This document shows, in pieces, positions 17,754-28,800 of a stretch of 64,000 bases of DNA. Source of the stretch: a virus (lineage: Duplodnaviria; Caudoviricetes); the IMG/VR virus record IMGVR_UViG_3300047539_000078, positions 1 through 64,000 of that record; one strand, written 5' to 3'. The position numbers and the translations under genes were made by a program. The notes under the pieces were generated by a model. It was not told where the DNA came from, searched no databases, and saw only the letters and a list, made by a program, of their open reading frames with translations. The stretch's first letter is position 1. Each line of letters opens with the position of its first letter.

Positions 17754-20234
17754 TTAGGTAAGCTCCGTCACAACCACGGTTCCGCCTGACGCCGATGAGA
17801 TGGCGGAAATACTCCCCTTCCACACATCGGACACAAAACTTCCCCCGGTGCCGTCATTCGCCGTCGAACATGATGATAGGGGGATCGCATAGGCTGCAGT
17901 AGTCGGTGTTTGACCTAATGCCAAATAGATGACGGTCGTGCCCGTATTGACGATTATGCATTCACGTCTCGCGGTATTCGCAGCAAGAATAAGGATTGGT
18001 CCTACCAGCGACGCCGGTGAACCACCGCTCACGGCTGTTTGTGCCGGTAAACTGCTGGTGGTCGAACCGCTCTCGGTGACCACAAGAGCGGTATCGGTGG
18101 ATAGTGCGGCGGTGCTCGCGGCCTTGATCGTGGCGACGTGTACGCTGTCCGTCAGTTCCATGTACAAGGGGTTTCCGCTTGCGTTGGCCGCCGTTGTGGC
18201 GCTTACCTGAATAATTCCGGATATGGTGCTGGAACTTGGATTGACGACGTAGACGTTCGCGGCCTCAACAGCAGGTGAGCCGTAGGGTGTGTAAGAAAGA
18301 TTCACGTCTCTTACTGGCTGGGTAGCCTGCCAGAAGGTTCCCGTGACTGGTTGTGACGATGGGAAGTTGGAGACGGATGTGGCGACGGTTCCTGTAATAG
18401 AAACCGGGTTGACGACGTAGACGCTCAATGCGGTGCATGGCGGGCTTCCGTAAGGCGTGAACATCATCTCCGACAACGCAGCATTGCTGACGGGCTGCGA
18501 AGCCTGCCAGAAGGTTCCCGTGACGGGGACGGTATTGGTCACATCCACATAGAGCGGGTTGCCGCTGGAGTTGGGTGCAGTTGTCGCTGAAACCTCTATG
18601 ACTCCTGAAATGGCGGACGAACTTGGATTTAATACATAGACGTTCAATCCCTCAACCAGAGGCGAACCGTAATTAGTGAATGAAAGATTCGCGTTGCTTA
18701 CAGGCTGGGTTGCCTGCCAGAAGGTTCCTGTGACCGCCTGTGTTGCTGGGAAATTGGAGACCGCTACGGTTCCTGCCACGGTTACGGATGCAGGGAATGT
18801 AACCGGATTCACCACGTATACGTTCGCCGCTTCCACGGCTGGAGAGCCGTAATTCGTGAAGGTGAAGTTTGAGACGGAAACCGATCCGCTCACCGGCTGG
18901 GTGGCCTGCCAGAATGCGCCCGTGACCGCGACATTTCCTGTTATAGCCGTGGAAGCGAGCGAAACGACCCATGGACTCGTGCTCTGTGTAACGGGCAGAC
19001 TTGCGGGGAACGTGACGGAGAGCGGATTCAGAACGTAGACGTTCAAGCCCTCTGCGGCTGGACTTCCGTAATTCGTGAAGGATAGATTCGATACCGATAC
19101 GGTTCCGGTTACCGCTTGCGTGGCGGGGAAGTTGGAGACCGATACCGACCCGCTCACGGGTTGAGTCGCTTGCCAGAATGTCCCGGTGACCGCAAGGGAC
19201 GATGGGAATGCCACGCTGATCGGGTTGACGACGTACGTGTTCAGCGCCTCGACGGCCGGAGAGCCGTAGTTGGTGAAGCTCATCTCCGACAAGGCTGCGT
19301 TGCTGACGGGCTGCGTTGCGGGGTAGAAAGCCCCTGTGACCGGTTGAGTCGCTTGCCAGAATGTCCCGGTTACCGCCTGCGTCGATGGGAAGTTCGATAT
19401 GGAAACGGACCCGCTTACGGGTTGAGTCGCTTGATAGAAAGCTCCCGTGACCGCGACGGTTCCCGTGATGGTCGTGGATACCAGGGATACGGTGACGGTA
19501 CCGCCAATGTAGATGTTGCCGGATGAATCGACCTTGATGTTCCAAAGTTCTGGAGACCCGGCATAGTCAGAGCCGCCGATGAGAACCGGGTTGATGGGTC
19601 CGCCAGCGTTACCGGTGTCGGTTCGGGTCGATGGGGGATACAAACCTTGGACAAGCGGGTCAGCCCATACTGCGGTGACGTTTCCGGGCTGGGAAATCAG
19701 AAGTTGACCGGCGTGGGACGGAGGCGTGCTGAGTGAAACGTTGACGGGAGAACCGGAGGTAGCAAGCTCCGTGGATTCGACTACGCCATCACCCGAGACC
19801 GTGATCATTGCGCCTGTCCCGACCGTCATGGTGGCGCTGTCGTTTAGGCCAGTTGTGATGTAGGCAAAATCGCTACTACCCGGTGGCGAACCTCCGCCTC
19901 CGCCACCCATAGATGCGTCAAGTTGCCCAACAGTGTTAAGCAAAACATACTTGCCCGCGTCGATCGAACCACGGCTGTAGCTGATAGCGTCCGTAAGTGA
20001 TTCAAAGTAGGGACCGATCTGATTGTATTGCTTCTGAAGCTCGAAAATCTTGCCGCCAAAACCGATGAATACCCAAGTGACTGATCCGTCGTGCGTTGTT
20101 CCCATGCTCCAAGTCGGAAGAACAGTACCAGAAGTTCCACCCGCCGATGAGAATTGAATGTTGCCCGTTCCGTCAAAAATATAGGAAAGGGACGGATAGA
20201 CATACTTAGGTTGCCAGAAGAGCAGAGCAGACAT
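17754..20234 (-). CDS. Repeat-rich fibre-like virion protein (826 aa)
   Basis: 8 VTG[TA]F[WY].A[TS]QPV and 6 T[NP]YGSP...[TV]YV[VL]NP repeats; N-terminal W..GTSG..P.W..DG.VTW module. Confidence 0.75.
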   Translation of the reverse strand: MSALLFWQPKYVYPSLSYIFDGTGNIQFSSAGGTSGTVLPTWSMGTTHDGSVTWVFIGFGGKIFELQKQYNQIGPYFESLTDAISYSRGSIDAGKYVLLNTVGQLDASMGGGGGGSPPGSSDFAYITTGLNDSATMTVGTGAMITVSGDGVVESTELATSGSPVNVSLSTPPSHAGQLLISQPGNVTAVWADPLVQGLYPPSTRTDTGNAGGPINPVLIGGSDYAGSPELWNIKVDSSGNIYIGGTVTVSLVSTTITGTVAVTGAFYQATQPVSGSVSISNFPSTQAVTGTFWQATQPVTGAFYPATQPVSNAALSEMSFTNYGSPAVEALNTYVVNPISVAFPSSLAVTGTFWQATQPVSGSVSVSNFPATQAVTGTVSVSNLSFTNYGSPAAEGLNVYVLNPLSVTFPASLPVTQSTSPWVVSLASTAITGNVAVTGAFWQATQPVSGSVSVSNFTFTNYGSPAVEAANVYVVNPVTFPASVTVAGTVAVSNFPATQAVTGTFWQATQPVSNANLSFTNYGSPLVEGLNVYVLNPSSSAISGVIEVSATTAPNSSGNPLYVDVTNTVPVTGTFWQASQPVSNAALSEMMFTPYGSPPCTALSVYVVNPVSITGTVATSVSNFPSSQPVTGTFWQATQPVRDVNLSYTPYGSPAVEAANVYVVNPSSSTISGIIQVSATTAANASGNPLYMELTDSVHVATIKAASTAALSTDTALVVTESGSTTSSLPAQTAVSGGSPASLVGPILILAANTARRECIIVNTGTTVIYLALGQTPTTAAYAIPLSSCSTANDGTGGSFVSDVWKGSISAISSASGGTVVVTELT

Positions 20235-20256
20235 TGATTTCCCTCACCCTAGAATT

Positions 20257-23200
20257 CTAAAGACTTATTGTAGAGGGGATCTGTGGCTGGAAAAGCAACG
20301 TATTATTGGAGATAGCGCGACCGACGACAATGACCCACTTCACCACAAGGATCAAGGCGTTGTAGTCCTGGGTGAGGACGCCGCCGGTGCCCGCATAGAC
20401 GAGTCCGCCGGGAGTGAATGTCGCGCCCGTCACCGTGTACTCGCTTCCGTAGTTAGTGCCGATGTTCGCGAGCTGTCCAAGGATGACGGGGTCCGTCACG
20501 ACGCCGCCCAGGAATGGGACGGTCGTGGCGTTCACGGGATCGATTGGGAACACGCTTCCCTGTACTATGCCGACGTTCGCCCACGTGACGTTGCCGTCGT
20601 TCGGGGTTGTGTTGCCGAGATTGGGACTGAATGCCGGGATGGTGGCCCCGGACGTTCCCGCTATGATGACCTGCTGGATGTTCCCGTTCGAGTCGCCGAC
20701 CACCACCCCTAAGGCGTATGGATTGAGTGCCACCCAAGGCTGGGCCGCCCCTATGGTCGCGGCGGTACCCGCTATCATCGTGGTGCCCGCTGGGAGCGTG
20801 CGTACGGCCATGTCCGGCTTTCCACCGGGCTCAGTGTCAGTAAATGGTGCCTGTGGTGTAGCGAGAACGCTAGGCACCAGCAATACGGACAACACGGAGC
20901 CCGCGAGGATGTCCGTGGCTACCCCCGTGGTCTGGGAAGCCAACACCTGGATCGTGTCGCCTACATTGAACTGCTGGATGACGTTGATGGTCTGCGATAC
21001 GGGTCCGTCCGTCGTGTTCTGCGTCACCTCTTGGTCGAGGATGACACCAGTGTTGTTTTGCACAAGAGTGAGGGTTCGCACGCCAGCCGGACCCCCATCC
21101 CACATGACCATACCCGAGACGATGTAGATGCCCGCGATCTGGATTTCAAACAAGGTTGGGGATTCCACGTAGCCAGTCATGTCGTAGGAAGTCTGGTCAA
21201 ATGAGACCGGTGTCGCAGGCGTAGCGTTCGTGTTCACGGGCAACGCCACGGACGAAGTCACAGCGAAGCCGTTGTTCTGGATGCCGACCAAGGATGCAGC
21301 AGCCTCTGCCTGCGCCGTTGCCACGGCTGTCTGCACGTCGGATGCGGTCGTCATGATGGAGGCATAGCTCTCGTTCGTGCGGAGCATGGCCAATTGGGTC
21401 GAAAGCGGTAGGGATTGCACGTCGGGACGGTCCAGGAAGTTCTGCGGATTGAAGTTGGACGAAGTCCACCCCGTCATGGTCCCGCTGATTCCGGGAAGCG
21501 GACCGATTTCCACCACGGGCGGCGTGGGGAACGGGAGTAGTGGCTGGCCGGGCAGCCACGAGCGGATGCGGGCTAGGGCGTCGCTCTGGATCTGCAAGTA
21601 GGCCGCAGGTGTGCCGAGAGGGTCGATAGCCGAGTCCAGCGAAGCCTCGTAGGTCGCTACGAAATCCACGATGTACGGGTCCTGCGCCAAGAGCGCTTGG
21701 AGGTTGTAGTTGAACGTGCGCCAGAACTGCGTGAAGCGATCAACTATGCTGACGTTAGCAAAGGCATCGTAGGTGTAGCTGAATTGCGGGCGGTTCGTCT
21801 GGTACGTCGTGTTGGATGCGATGTTGTTGGTCGCAACCGCGATCACCTGGTTGAGGACGGTAGCCATAGCTGACGGATATGGGCATGATACCGGAAAGGA
21901 CGCCGTTTCCGCACCGAGGACGACCGTCTGCGTGTTCGTGAGGACAAGTGGGGTAGAGACGTAATCAAGGTTCGAGCCCGTAAACGATGAGAGGTACACA
22001 TTGTCCGCGCCGGAATCGAACTGGGCCGTGCGCGGGTATCCGAGCAGGGATGCCTCAATATAGGAGAGCTTCCACAGGATGTTTGTAGACGCAACCGGAC
22101 CGAGGGCTACAAGCGTATCAAGGAGCGGGATGTCCGTCGGTGCCGATAAGGTGCCGGTGCCGCCGAGCACCGTGTTCCACGGAACGGGGTTCGCGGCCAG
22201 CGAAGTCAGCGAAGGGACGATGTACGTCTGGTACGCCGCCTCGAAGTTCGGCAGCCAACTGCCGCTGCGTCCCGCCCGTGCGCCCTGGATATACAGAAGC
22301 CATGCGGCGGTGAGGTTCTTGTCGTAGTTATTCGCCACTATGCTGGAAAGCGTGACGAACTGTGCCAGCAGCTTGGATTCCTCGGAACCTTCTCCGCTCG
22401 CTATAGCCTGCTGTAGTTGCGGCACGACCGTGATAGCACTCAAGACGTTCGCCGCATAGATTGCGGGGGGCAGCGAGTAGTTAGAGATGATTTCGGACGG
22501 TGTTGGTAGGGAGCCCTGCAATATGGTTGCCGGGTTGATCGTCGTCGGGTTGTAGACGACCGCGTTCGTGGTCGACTGCATCAAGGTCTGATATTGCTGG
22601 TTTGCGAGCAGGGCCGCATCCCCAAGGGTGCCGGACAATGGAGGCACGATGTTTCCGGAGTTGGAGCCTACCTGAAACCCGTCGAAGTTAGTTGATGTCA
22701 CGGGCGACACGTATGCGCTGGAGTTGCTGGGAATGAGGGCGCATTGCGAGAACGAAAAGTTGGAGAACTGCGCGAAGCTGATGTTGTTCGGTATGAATGC
22801 CTTGAACTGCGAGAGTGTGAAGCCGTTGAATGAGAAAATGCTGGTGCCCAGCAAGGACGGTAGGGATGGCAATTTCGGAATGCCGAGATTGCAAATCTGC
22901 TGCATGAAGTTAGCCAAAGCGTTTAGGTTATTCTGCACCATAGCCAGTATGCTCTTCTCCAGCGCCAAAAGCAGCGTGAGGTTCGTCTGGAGCGCCTGGA
23001 GGAGCGCGATTGATTTCTGCATGTACGTGTAGATTACCTTGGTGTATGCGATGACATCACCGGCAAGCTTGAACTTGCGCTCCTCCTTGCCGAATTCCGA
23101 GTCCACGCTGGTTTGGATGAGGGATATGTAATGCTGGATGTGCTTCTGGATGTCCGCCTGCTCCTTCTTGACGGCGAGCATAGCGTCGTTGATGTCGGAC

Positions 23201-23361
23201 GAAAGGCGGCGACCGTCTTCCAGCGCGTGGTGGTACACCTTCTCAAGCTCCGGTGCACCCATGTAGTTCGGACGTTGCGCGATACCCTTGACCAGTATGG
23301 GCCAGTACAGCGACTGGAGCGACGGGATTTGAAGTGGCGGAAGAATCGACGGTGTGGCCAT
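20257..23361 (-). CDS. Large baseplate/tail structural protein with C1q-like and DUF2190-like C-terminal domains
   Basis: Coiled N-terminus; VSFDQ..YD..G..F....AGIYIVSG...GDTIQV (C1q-like); position in tail operon. Confidence 0.6.
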   Translation of the reverse strand: MATPSILPPLQIPSLQSLYWPILVKGIAQRPNYMGAPELEKVYHHALEDGRRLSSDINDAMLAVKKEQADIQKHIQHYISLIQTSVDSEFGKEERKFKLAGDVIAYTKVIYTYMQKSIALLQALQTNLTLLLALEKSILAMVQNNLNALANFMQQICNLGIPKLPSLPSLLGTSIFSFNGFTLSQFKAFIPNNISFAQFSNFSFSQCALIPSNSSAYVSPVTSTNFDGFQVGSNSGNIVPPLSGTLGDAALLANQQYQTLMQSTTNAVVYNPTTINPATILQGSLPTPSEIISNYSLPPAIYAANVLSAITVVPQLQQAIASGEGSEESKLLAQFVTLSSIVANNYDKNLTAAWLLYIQGARAGRSGSWLPNFEAAYQTYIVPSLTSLAANPVPWNTVLGGTGTLSAPTDIPLLDTLVALGPVASTNILWKLSYIEASLLGYPRTAQFDSGADNVYLSSFTGSNLDYVSTPLVLTNTQTVVLGAETASFPVSCPYPSAMATVLNQVIAVATNNIASNTTYQTNRPQFSYTYDAFANVSIVDRFTQFWRTFNYNLQALLAQDPYIVDFVATYEASLDSAIDPLGTPAAYLQIQSDALARIRSWLPGQPLLPFPTPPVVEIGPLPGISGTMTGWTSSNFNPQNFLDRPDVQSLPLSTQLAMLRTNESYASIMTTASDVQTAVATAQAEAAASLVGIQNNGFAVTSSVALPVNTNATPATPVSFDQTSYDMTGYVESPTLFEIQIAGIYIVSGMVMWDGGPAGVRTLTLVQNNTGVILDQEVTQNTTDGPVSQTINVIQQFNVGDTIQVLASQTTGVATDILAGSVLSVLLVPSVLATPQAPFTDTEPGGKPDMAVRTLPAGTTMIAGTAATIGAAQPWVALNPYALGVVVGDSNGNIQQVIIAGTSGATIPAFSPNLGNTTPNDGNVTWANVGIVQGSVFPIDPVNATTVPFLGGVVTDPVILGQLANIGTNYGSEYTVTGATFTPGGLVYAGTGGVLTQDYNALILVVKWVIVVGRAISNNTLLFQPQIPSTISL

Positions 23362-23371
23362 TTATAGTGTC

Positions 23372-25867
23372 CTATGCGACGATGTCGCTGCTAAGGTCAT
23401 CGGAGATTATGTCGTTGGCGTTCGACGCCGGGATGCCGCCCTGGCTGTGGACGATATCAAGAGCTTCGTTCGTGATGCGTGCCAGTGCCATGTTAATCAT
23501 CTTCTGGCAGGTATGAATCATGTCCGTGTGGCTGTTTACGGATACGGAATTCGCCTCAACGAGATAGTCACCGGTGACGTTCATCTGATAGTTCCCGTTC
23601 ACGGTGAGGTCCACATCCCCGTTGATTTCCAACCGCAGCGCCTTACCCGGCGTGCTCCCGCTGGCTCCGATAGTTGTGGTGGCCCCCAAGACGCCTGAAA
23701 TCCCGCCGTCCATGGTGAAGGTCATAGAGCGCCCTTGCTTGTCGGCACCAATCCAAGCTACCAGTCCGCCCGCCAGGTCCATAAGGAGGGACTGCCCGTG
23801 ATCGGTGTCCTTCCCTGCGCGGATGAGGATGTCCCGCACCGTATGGAAGTCTATGCTAAGCCCTTGCCGGTCCATGCTGTTGACGGTGGGTCCGGGATTG
23901 ATGGTTGAATAGGGCCATCTGTTGGTTATTGGCTGTCCAGCGTTCATCAGGTTATGATTTGGGAATGCATAGTTGCTATCCCCGAATCCGTATGTCTGAC
24001 GCCCCGGCGAATGGGAGTCGATGCGGGGGTTGCTCGTGGCGTTGTAGCTGCTCACGGGCTGGTAGTTGACGCCGGGTCCGTCCGCATAGCCGTTTATGAG
24101 GTGGGCTCGCAGGGTGTCGGGAGTGCGTGCCCCGAAGCGGAATACGACGCCGCCATCGGATGCGCCGCGAATAGAGATGTTCTCCCCGTAGGTCTTGTTT
24201 GTAAGGGATGGCGTGAGGGTTCCCGTTCCGCTCTGATTCCCGACTTGCCCAAGGGCCGACTTGTTCCAATATTGCAGCGTACCGGGTGCGCCGTTGCGGG
24301 CGGTGAACGCATCACTCTTGCCACGGTTCTGCGTGAGGACCTCACGTCCTCCATACGGCAAGGAGCAATCATCGGCACCGAAGCGCAGCACGCACTGTCC
24401 AAGCGCCTGTAAATCCATGGCGTCTTCCTCGCTCATGTTCTTACCAATCACGAGCTTAAGGGAACCGACTAAGTGTCCTTCCACGGAACGTCCGGCACCG
24501 TGTGGATACTCATACGGGACATCGCCCGCGCCCTGCCACGGGTTGTTCGCTTGGGGGATAGACGAGCCTATTTCGAAAAGGAACATGCCTTCCTTCGTCA
24601 CGTCCCAACGGGTAGTGTTGTATTCGTACGGGAAGCGCACGGACAGGCAGGACGCCGCCATGCGGGTTTGAACGTGGTCGGCACCCTCGTTCGACATGTT
24701 GATCGGCAGGTAGCCGGATTCGAAGTTCGCACCAAAACGGCCCAGATATGTGTACGGCGTAAGGATCGGGATGAGCGGATGCGCGAACGTCAGGGCATCG
24801 AATCGATTTGACCCGACGAGGGTGCCTTCCGCCTTTTCAATGATGAATCCGCGACGTGCCGGTGTCGGCCCCTCCTGCGTCGTCGGCCCGAGGGCGGGCG
24901 CGGTGCGGCTTAGCGGGTTGTCCCACGCCTGATCGACCATGAATGAATCGCTGTCGTAGGCCACATTCGTGGTTGAGCCGTTCGGAAGCTGCGTGCCTTC
25001 TTCGTTGATAGTGGTCTGCTGGTTTACCGGCTGCGTCGTTCCAAGGATGAAATCGATGAGAGGCGTCTCAAGGACATCCTGCGGCATAGGATAGTCGAGC
25101 GCGAACTCCTGAATCTTCTCCACCTTCTCGGTCAACGGGATGACGTTCGCGGTTCCCTGGAGATAGCGGCTTTGATAGGCAGCCGTGGGATTGAGGAACA
25201 GCACCCATGATTGCGTCCCGTCCGGCAGCGTCGTCGGGGTGATCGGAGAGCTTGACTTCAGGGATGATGATTGAGGCGGACGGTTCACCGGCCCCGCGAA
25301 ACTCAGACCGGAGTCCGCATAGCCCACATTGCGGCTCGTCGTCAATGTGCGTGTGCGAGAAAACACGTCTAACTTGTCGCGGCTGAAATCGGACGCCGAT
25401 GTGTCCCAACCCTCGTCGACCTTTTCGCTATAGCCGGACGTGGTGGTCATCGCCTTCTGGCCCGGGAATGCCTTGCGGTACGTACCCCGGCGGCGTGAGG
25501 TGAGACCGTCGATGCCTTCCGTCCAGCGGTTGGCGACGGCGTCAATGGCTGGGATCGTGCTGGTCGTAATCCATGCGATGATGGCCACTTCCGAAAAACC
25601 GCTCGAATGATAGAGAAGGACAGCGATGCAGCGGGAGCCTTGCTCTGGCATGTTCACGTCGGTGGACTCAGCGGTCGATGCATTAGCTGGCCACACGCGG
25701 ATGGACGAGTAGGTCAGACGATCCTTGTCGGTTTGGATAGTGAGGACCTTGCCCTCCCAATCCACGGATATAACCGTTGCCGTGAACGGCGTGTAGAGCA
25801 TGTCTTGGCGGGTGCTCTCCACTATTGACGGTCTGTAGTTGTCCCGATTGTCGGTGTATGATTGCAT
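23372..25867 (-). CDS. Baseplate central spike-like protein (gp5/gpV-like)
   Basis: N-terminal OB-like ATVISVD...MPEQGSRC; C-terminal beta repeats INGDVDLTVNGNYQMNVTGDY. Confidence 0.7.
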   Translation of the reverse strand: MQSYTDNRDNYRPSIVESTRQDMLYTPFTATVISVDWEGKVLTIQTDKDRLTYSSIRVWPANASTAESTDVNMPEQGSRCIAVLLYHSSGFSEVAIIAWITTSTIPAIDAVANRWTEGIDGLTSRRRGTYRKAFPGQKAMTTTSGYSEKVDEGWDTSASDFSRDKLDVFSRTRTLTTSRNVGYADSGLSFAGPVNRPPQSSSLKSSSPITPTTLPDGTQSWVLFLNPTAAYQSRYLQGTANVIPLTEKVEKIQEFALDYPMPQDVLETPLIDFILGTTQPVNQQTTINEEGTQLPNGSTTNVAYDSDSFMVDQAWDNPLSRTAPALGPTTQEGPTPARRGFIIEKAEGTLVGSNRFDALTFAHPLIPILTPYTYLGRFGANFESGYLPINMSNEGADHVQTRMAASCLSVRFPYEYNTTRWDVTKEGMFLFEIGSSIPQANNPWQGAGDVPYEYPHGAGRSVEGHLVGSLKLVIGKNMSEEDAMDLQALGQCVLRFGADDCSLPYGGREVLTQNRGKSDAFTARNGAPGTLQYWNKSALGQVGNQSGTGTLTPSLTNKTYGENISIRGASDGGVVFRFGARTPDTLRAHLINGYADGPGVNYQPVSSYNATSNPRIDSHSPGRQTYGFGDSNYAFPNHNLMNAGQPITNRWPYSTINPGPTVNSMDRQGLSIDFHTVRDILIRAGKDTDHGQSLLMDLAGGLVAWIGADKQGRSMTFTMDGGISGVLGATTTIGASGSTPGKALRLEINGDVDLTVNGNYQMNVTGDYLVEANSVSVNSHTDMIHTCQKMINMALARITNEALDIVHSQGGIPASNANDIISDDLSSDIVA

Positions 25868-25870
25868 TAT

Positions 25871-28800
25871 TTACCCTGGGATTACCGATCCTGAAAATGC
25901 CGGTGCCGCTACAACTGGGGCGGTGACGGGGGGTGCGGTAGCGGTTCCCTTACTGATGTTCTGTGGTGCACCGCTGTTGGCCAATGCCTGGTTTTGCGTC
26001 CCAATCGCTGATCCCGATTGGACGACTGCTCCGGTGAGGAACACGTTGAGCTTGGTCTGCTCCACCGTAGTCGTGTTCTGCACTAATTCGCTGTTGAGCA
26101 ACGTGTCCGGCTGGCCCTGTGTTATAGTACTGTTGCTGGACGCATTGAAGCCTGAATAGTCCAATTCGAACACGGTGATATTGGCCTTGTTTAGAACCGT
26201 CTGCGGGAATTGCAGCACCATGATCGGCTTGTCATCCGCGCCGAGCAACTCGCTCCCATCCGTCCCGACTACCGTCGTGAACTGCGCCTTTGTAGTGCTA
26301 GAATTCGGGGGATTGTTGGTCGTCCCCGCCGTCGTGTTCAGCGCCGCTATGGCGGAGGAGGCGGGATCGGCGGAACCGGTCGGCTGGTCAAGCCCCGCGA
26401 AGAGTGCAGTTTGCGTGTTCTGAAGTGTTTGGACGGTGTTCTGTGCCGCAGTGGCCTCGGACTGCACGACATAGCCATCCCGGGTGAATTCCTGGAGAGC
26501 CGTCTTGAGGTCAATGTAGCGTCCCCACGGGAAGGGGGCAATGACTTCGTACCCCTTGCCATCCGTGTATGGGATAGTTGTGTGCACGTCGGCGTAGTAG
26601 TCCTGGTTAACGTTGCGCTGGTTGACGAAGATGCCGGTGCCTATCACGGCACGAATACTGCTGATCCCTGCCGTGCCGCTTGGGACGGAGATATTTTGAC
26701 TCGATTGCGCCGTGGCCGCTGACCAAGGAGCGACGGGCGTGATAGTGCCGCCGGGTGGCGTAGGTGCGGTGCCGCCGGGTATTGTGTAAGGTGCCGCAGG
26801 TGCAACGCCGGTGCCGGGCAGGTACGATTCAACAGGTGCGACGGTAGCGCTTGCGGTTGATGTCCCGACTGTGGCATAGAGCGGGTCCGTGTCCTTTTGG
26901 ATGCGCCATGCGTTGTCTGCTGTGTCGGAAGACGGCCCGTAGTAGCTAGCATATGTCGCCTGCTGATCGGTGAGGACGGAATTCTGATCCGCTGTGATGG
27001 GTGAGTTGATAAAAAGACCCGTGACGGCATTGGGATTCGGTGGCGGGCGTGGAAGCGTAATTTGCTGGCCGGATAGGTTGGCCACTACCGCATTAGGATC
27101 GGTTGGCGTCGCCGTAGATGAGCCGGGTAAAATTCCGTTATTCAGCGCGTTAGATATGGACGAAATCGACAATGCGTTTTGCAGGTCATTTGCCTGCTGC
27201 TGCGTGACCGCAGGTCCATAAGTCCACTTCAGGACGAGGTCTGGCTGCGACGCGAACACGGTGTTAGGCTGACCGTTCTGCCCACTTCCCGGTTGTGGGT
27301 ACATGGGGCGCTTGCGCAACGTGTCGAGCATGATGGTCATGGTCGCCCCGCCGCCCTGGTTGTAACTTATGGACACGTTCTTGGTATAGCCGTACATATC
27401 GCGGTGCGGGATGTACATCGGGAACCCAAGGTGGATTTCAGGGCGCATGGGAATGCTGAACGTGTAGGTGCGGAAGCCTTTATTGGCAACCGCTATCTCT
27501 GAGCATGCCTGTGCGAAACTTGAATAGATGTCGCCGTCAAGCAACCACGGGATGGTTTTTGCCGGTTCCTGTCGCAATCCGTAACGAGCGATTTTTGCCA
27601 AATCCATGTACTCGGAAACACCTCGCAGGTCGGCTGGAATCTGCAAGAACTGAGTGTCGACTGTGGTGTTGCCCTGAATCGCCATCCGCGTCGCCTTCAC
27701 GGCCTTCTCGTCCTCGGTTTCCTGCTCGCTCTTGATTTCCGACAGGTGGACGATGAACGGGTTGTTGGTGTTGTTGATGTCCGTATTCGGATTCTGCTGC
27801 GAATAGGTTTGGCTCGCCGTCGTGCTCGACGAAAGATTTGTCACATCGAGGTTGTATAGCGGCGGCTTGATGATGATCTGACCGTCGATGTCCTGGAAGC
27901 ACTCGAAGTTGATGACATTCGTGATCTGGCGCAAAAGCTCGGCACGGGAAACCGCGCGTCCGTTGACGAGCTGGATAGAGCCGACACTGTGGTCGGCTTG
28001 GTAACTACGGATTTTATCAACGTTGACGATGTCTTGGTACTCGGAGGCCTTTTTATTCGAGTACCATGCATTCTCGACGGAGAGAAGGGACCAGCCCTTC
28101 GTGCCCTTGTTCGGCGATTTCACCGCTATATCGTTGAAGAACTTGAGCACCTGCTCAATTTCCTTGTTCTGCAGTCCATAGATGTGCGAATCCTGGCAGA
28201 TGTCGAATAAAAGGGACTGGAACTTGGCCATGAACCCGTCCGAGAGTGCGGCGAAGTACGGATCGTTCTGAATGGTCTTCTGCTTGAGAGAGTTCACGTA
28301 GAACCCATCCGTGAACGACGGGTAGAGGAACGTGAAGGCCATCTGGGAATAGGGATTCATAGACCAAAGCACGCTATGCATAGCCGTCACGTGTGCGGCA
28401 GCGCTGGATTGGATGGCTGGGTTGAGGTCGATCTGCATCAGCTCGAACAGGCGCATAATCCCCTGGATTTGTACGGTGATTGTGAGCGTCTTGCCGTCAT
28501 CCGAGTGGGTGACATGAGATGTAATGCCCTTGAATACGCGGCGGAATAAAGTGTTCCCGTTGGACGCGAAGTAGTAGCCCTTCGCGTAGACTTGAACCTG
28601 CATCATGGTCTGGATGATGTTGGTTCCGCCCGGGACTTGGAACAGGTAGCGTTCGTGGGCTGGAACGGTCATCGTGAATGATCCGGTCGGGATCATGTTG
28701 TCCACGTCATAGTTGGAGTTGAAGGCCGTGATGTAATCGTTGAAGTTGACGATGACCGGATTGCTCGGGTTGGCGCTCAAGAAGACGTTATTGATATAGG

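Noticed and set aside
17754-20234. CRISPR array
   Set aside because: Repeats are in-frame coding repeats with synonymous variation, not repeat-spacer units; no cas genes
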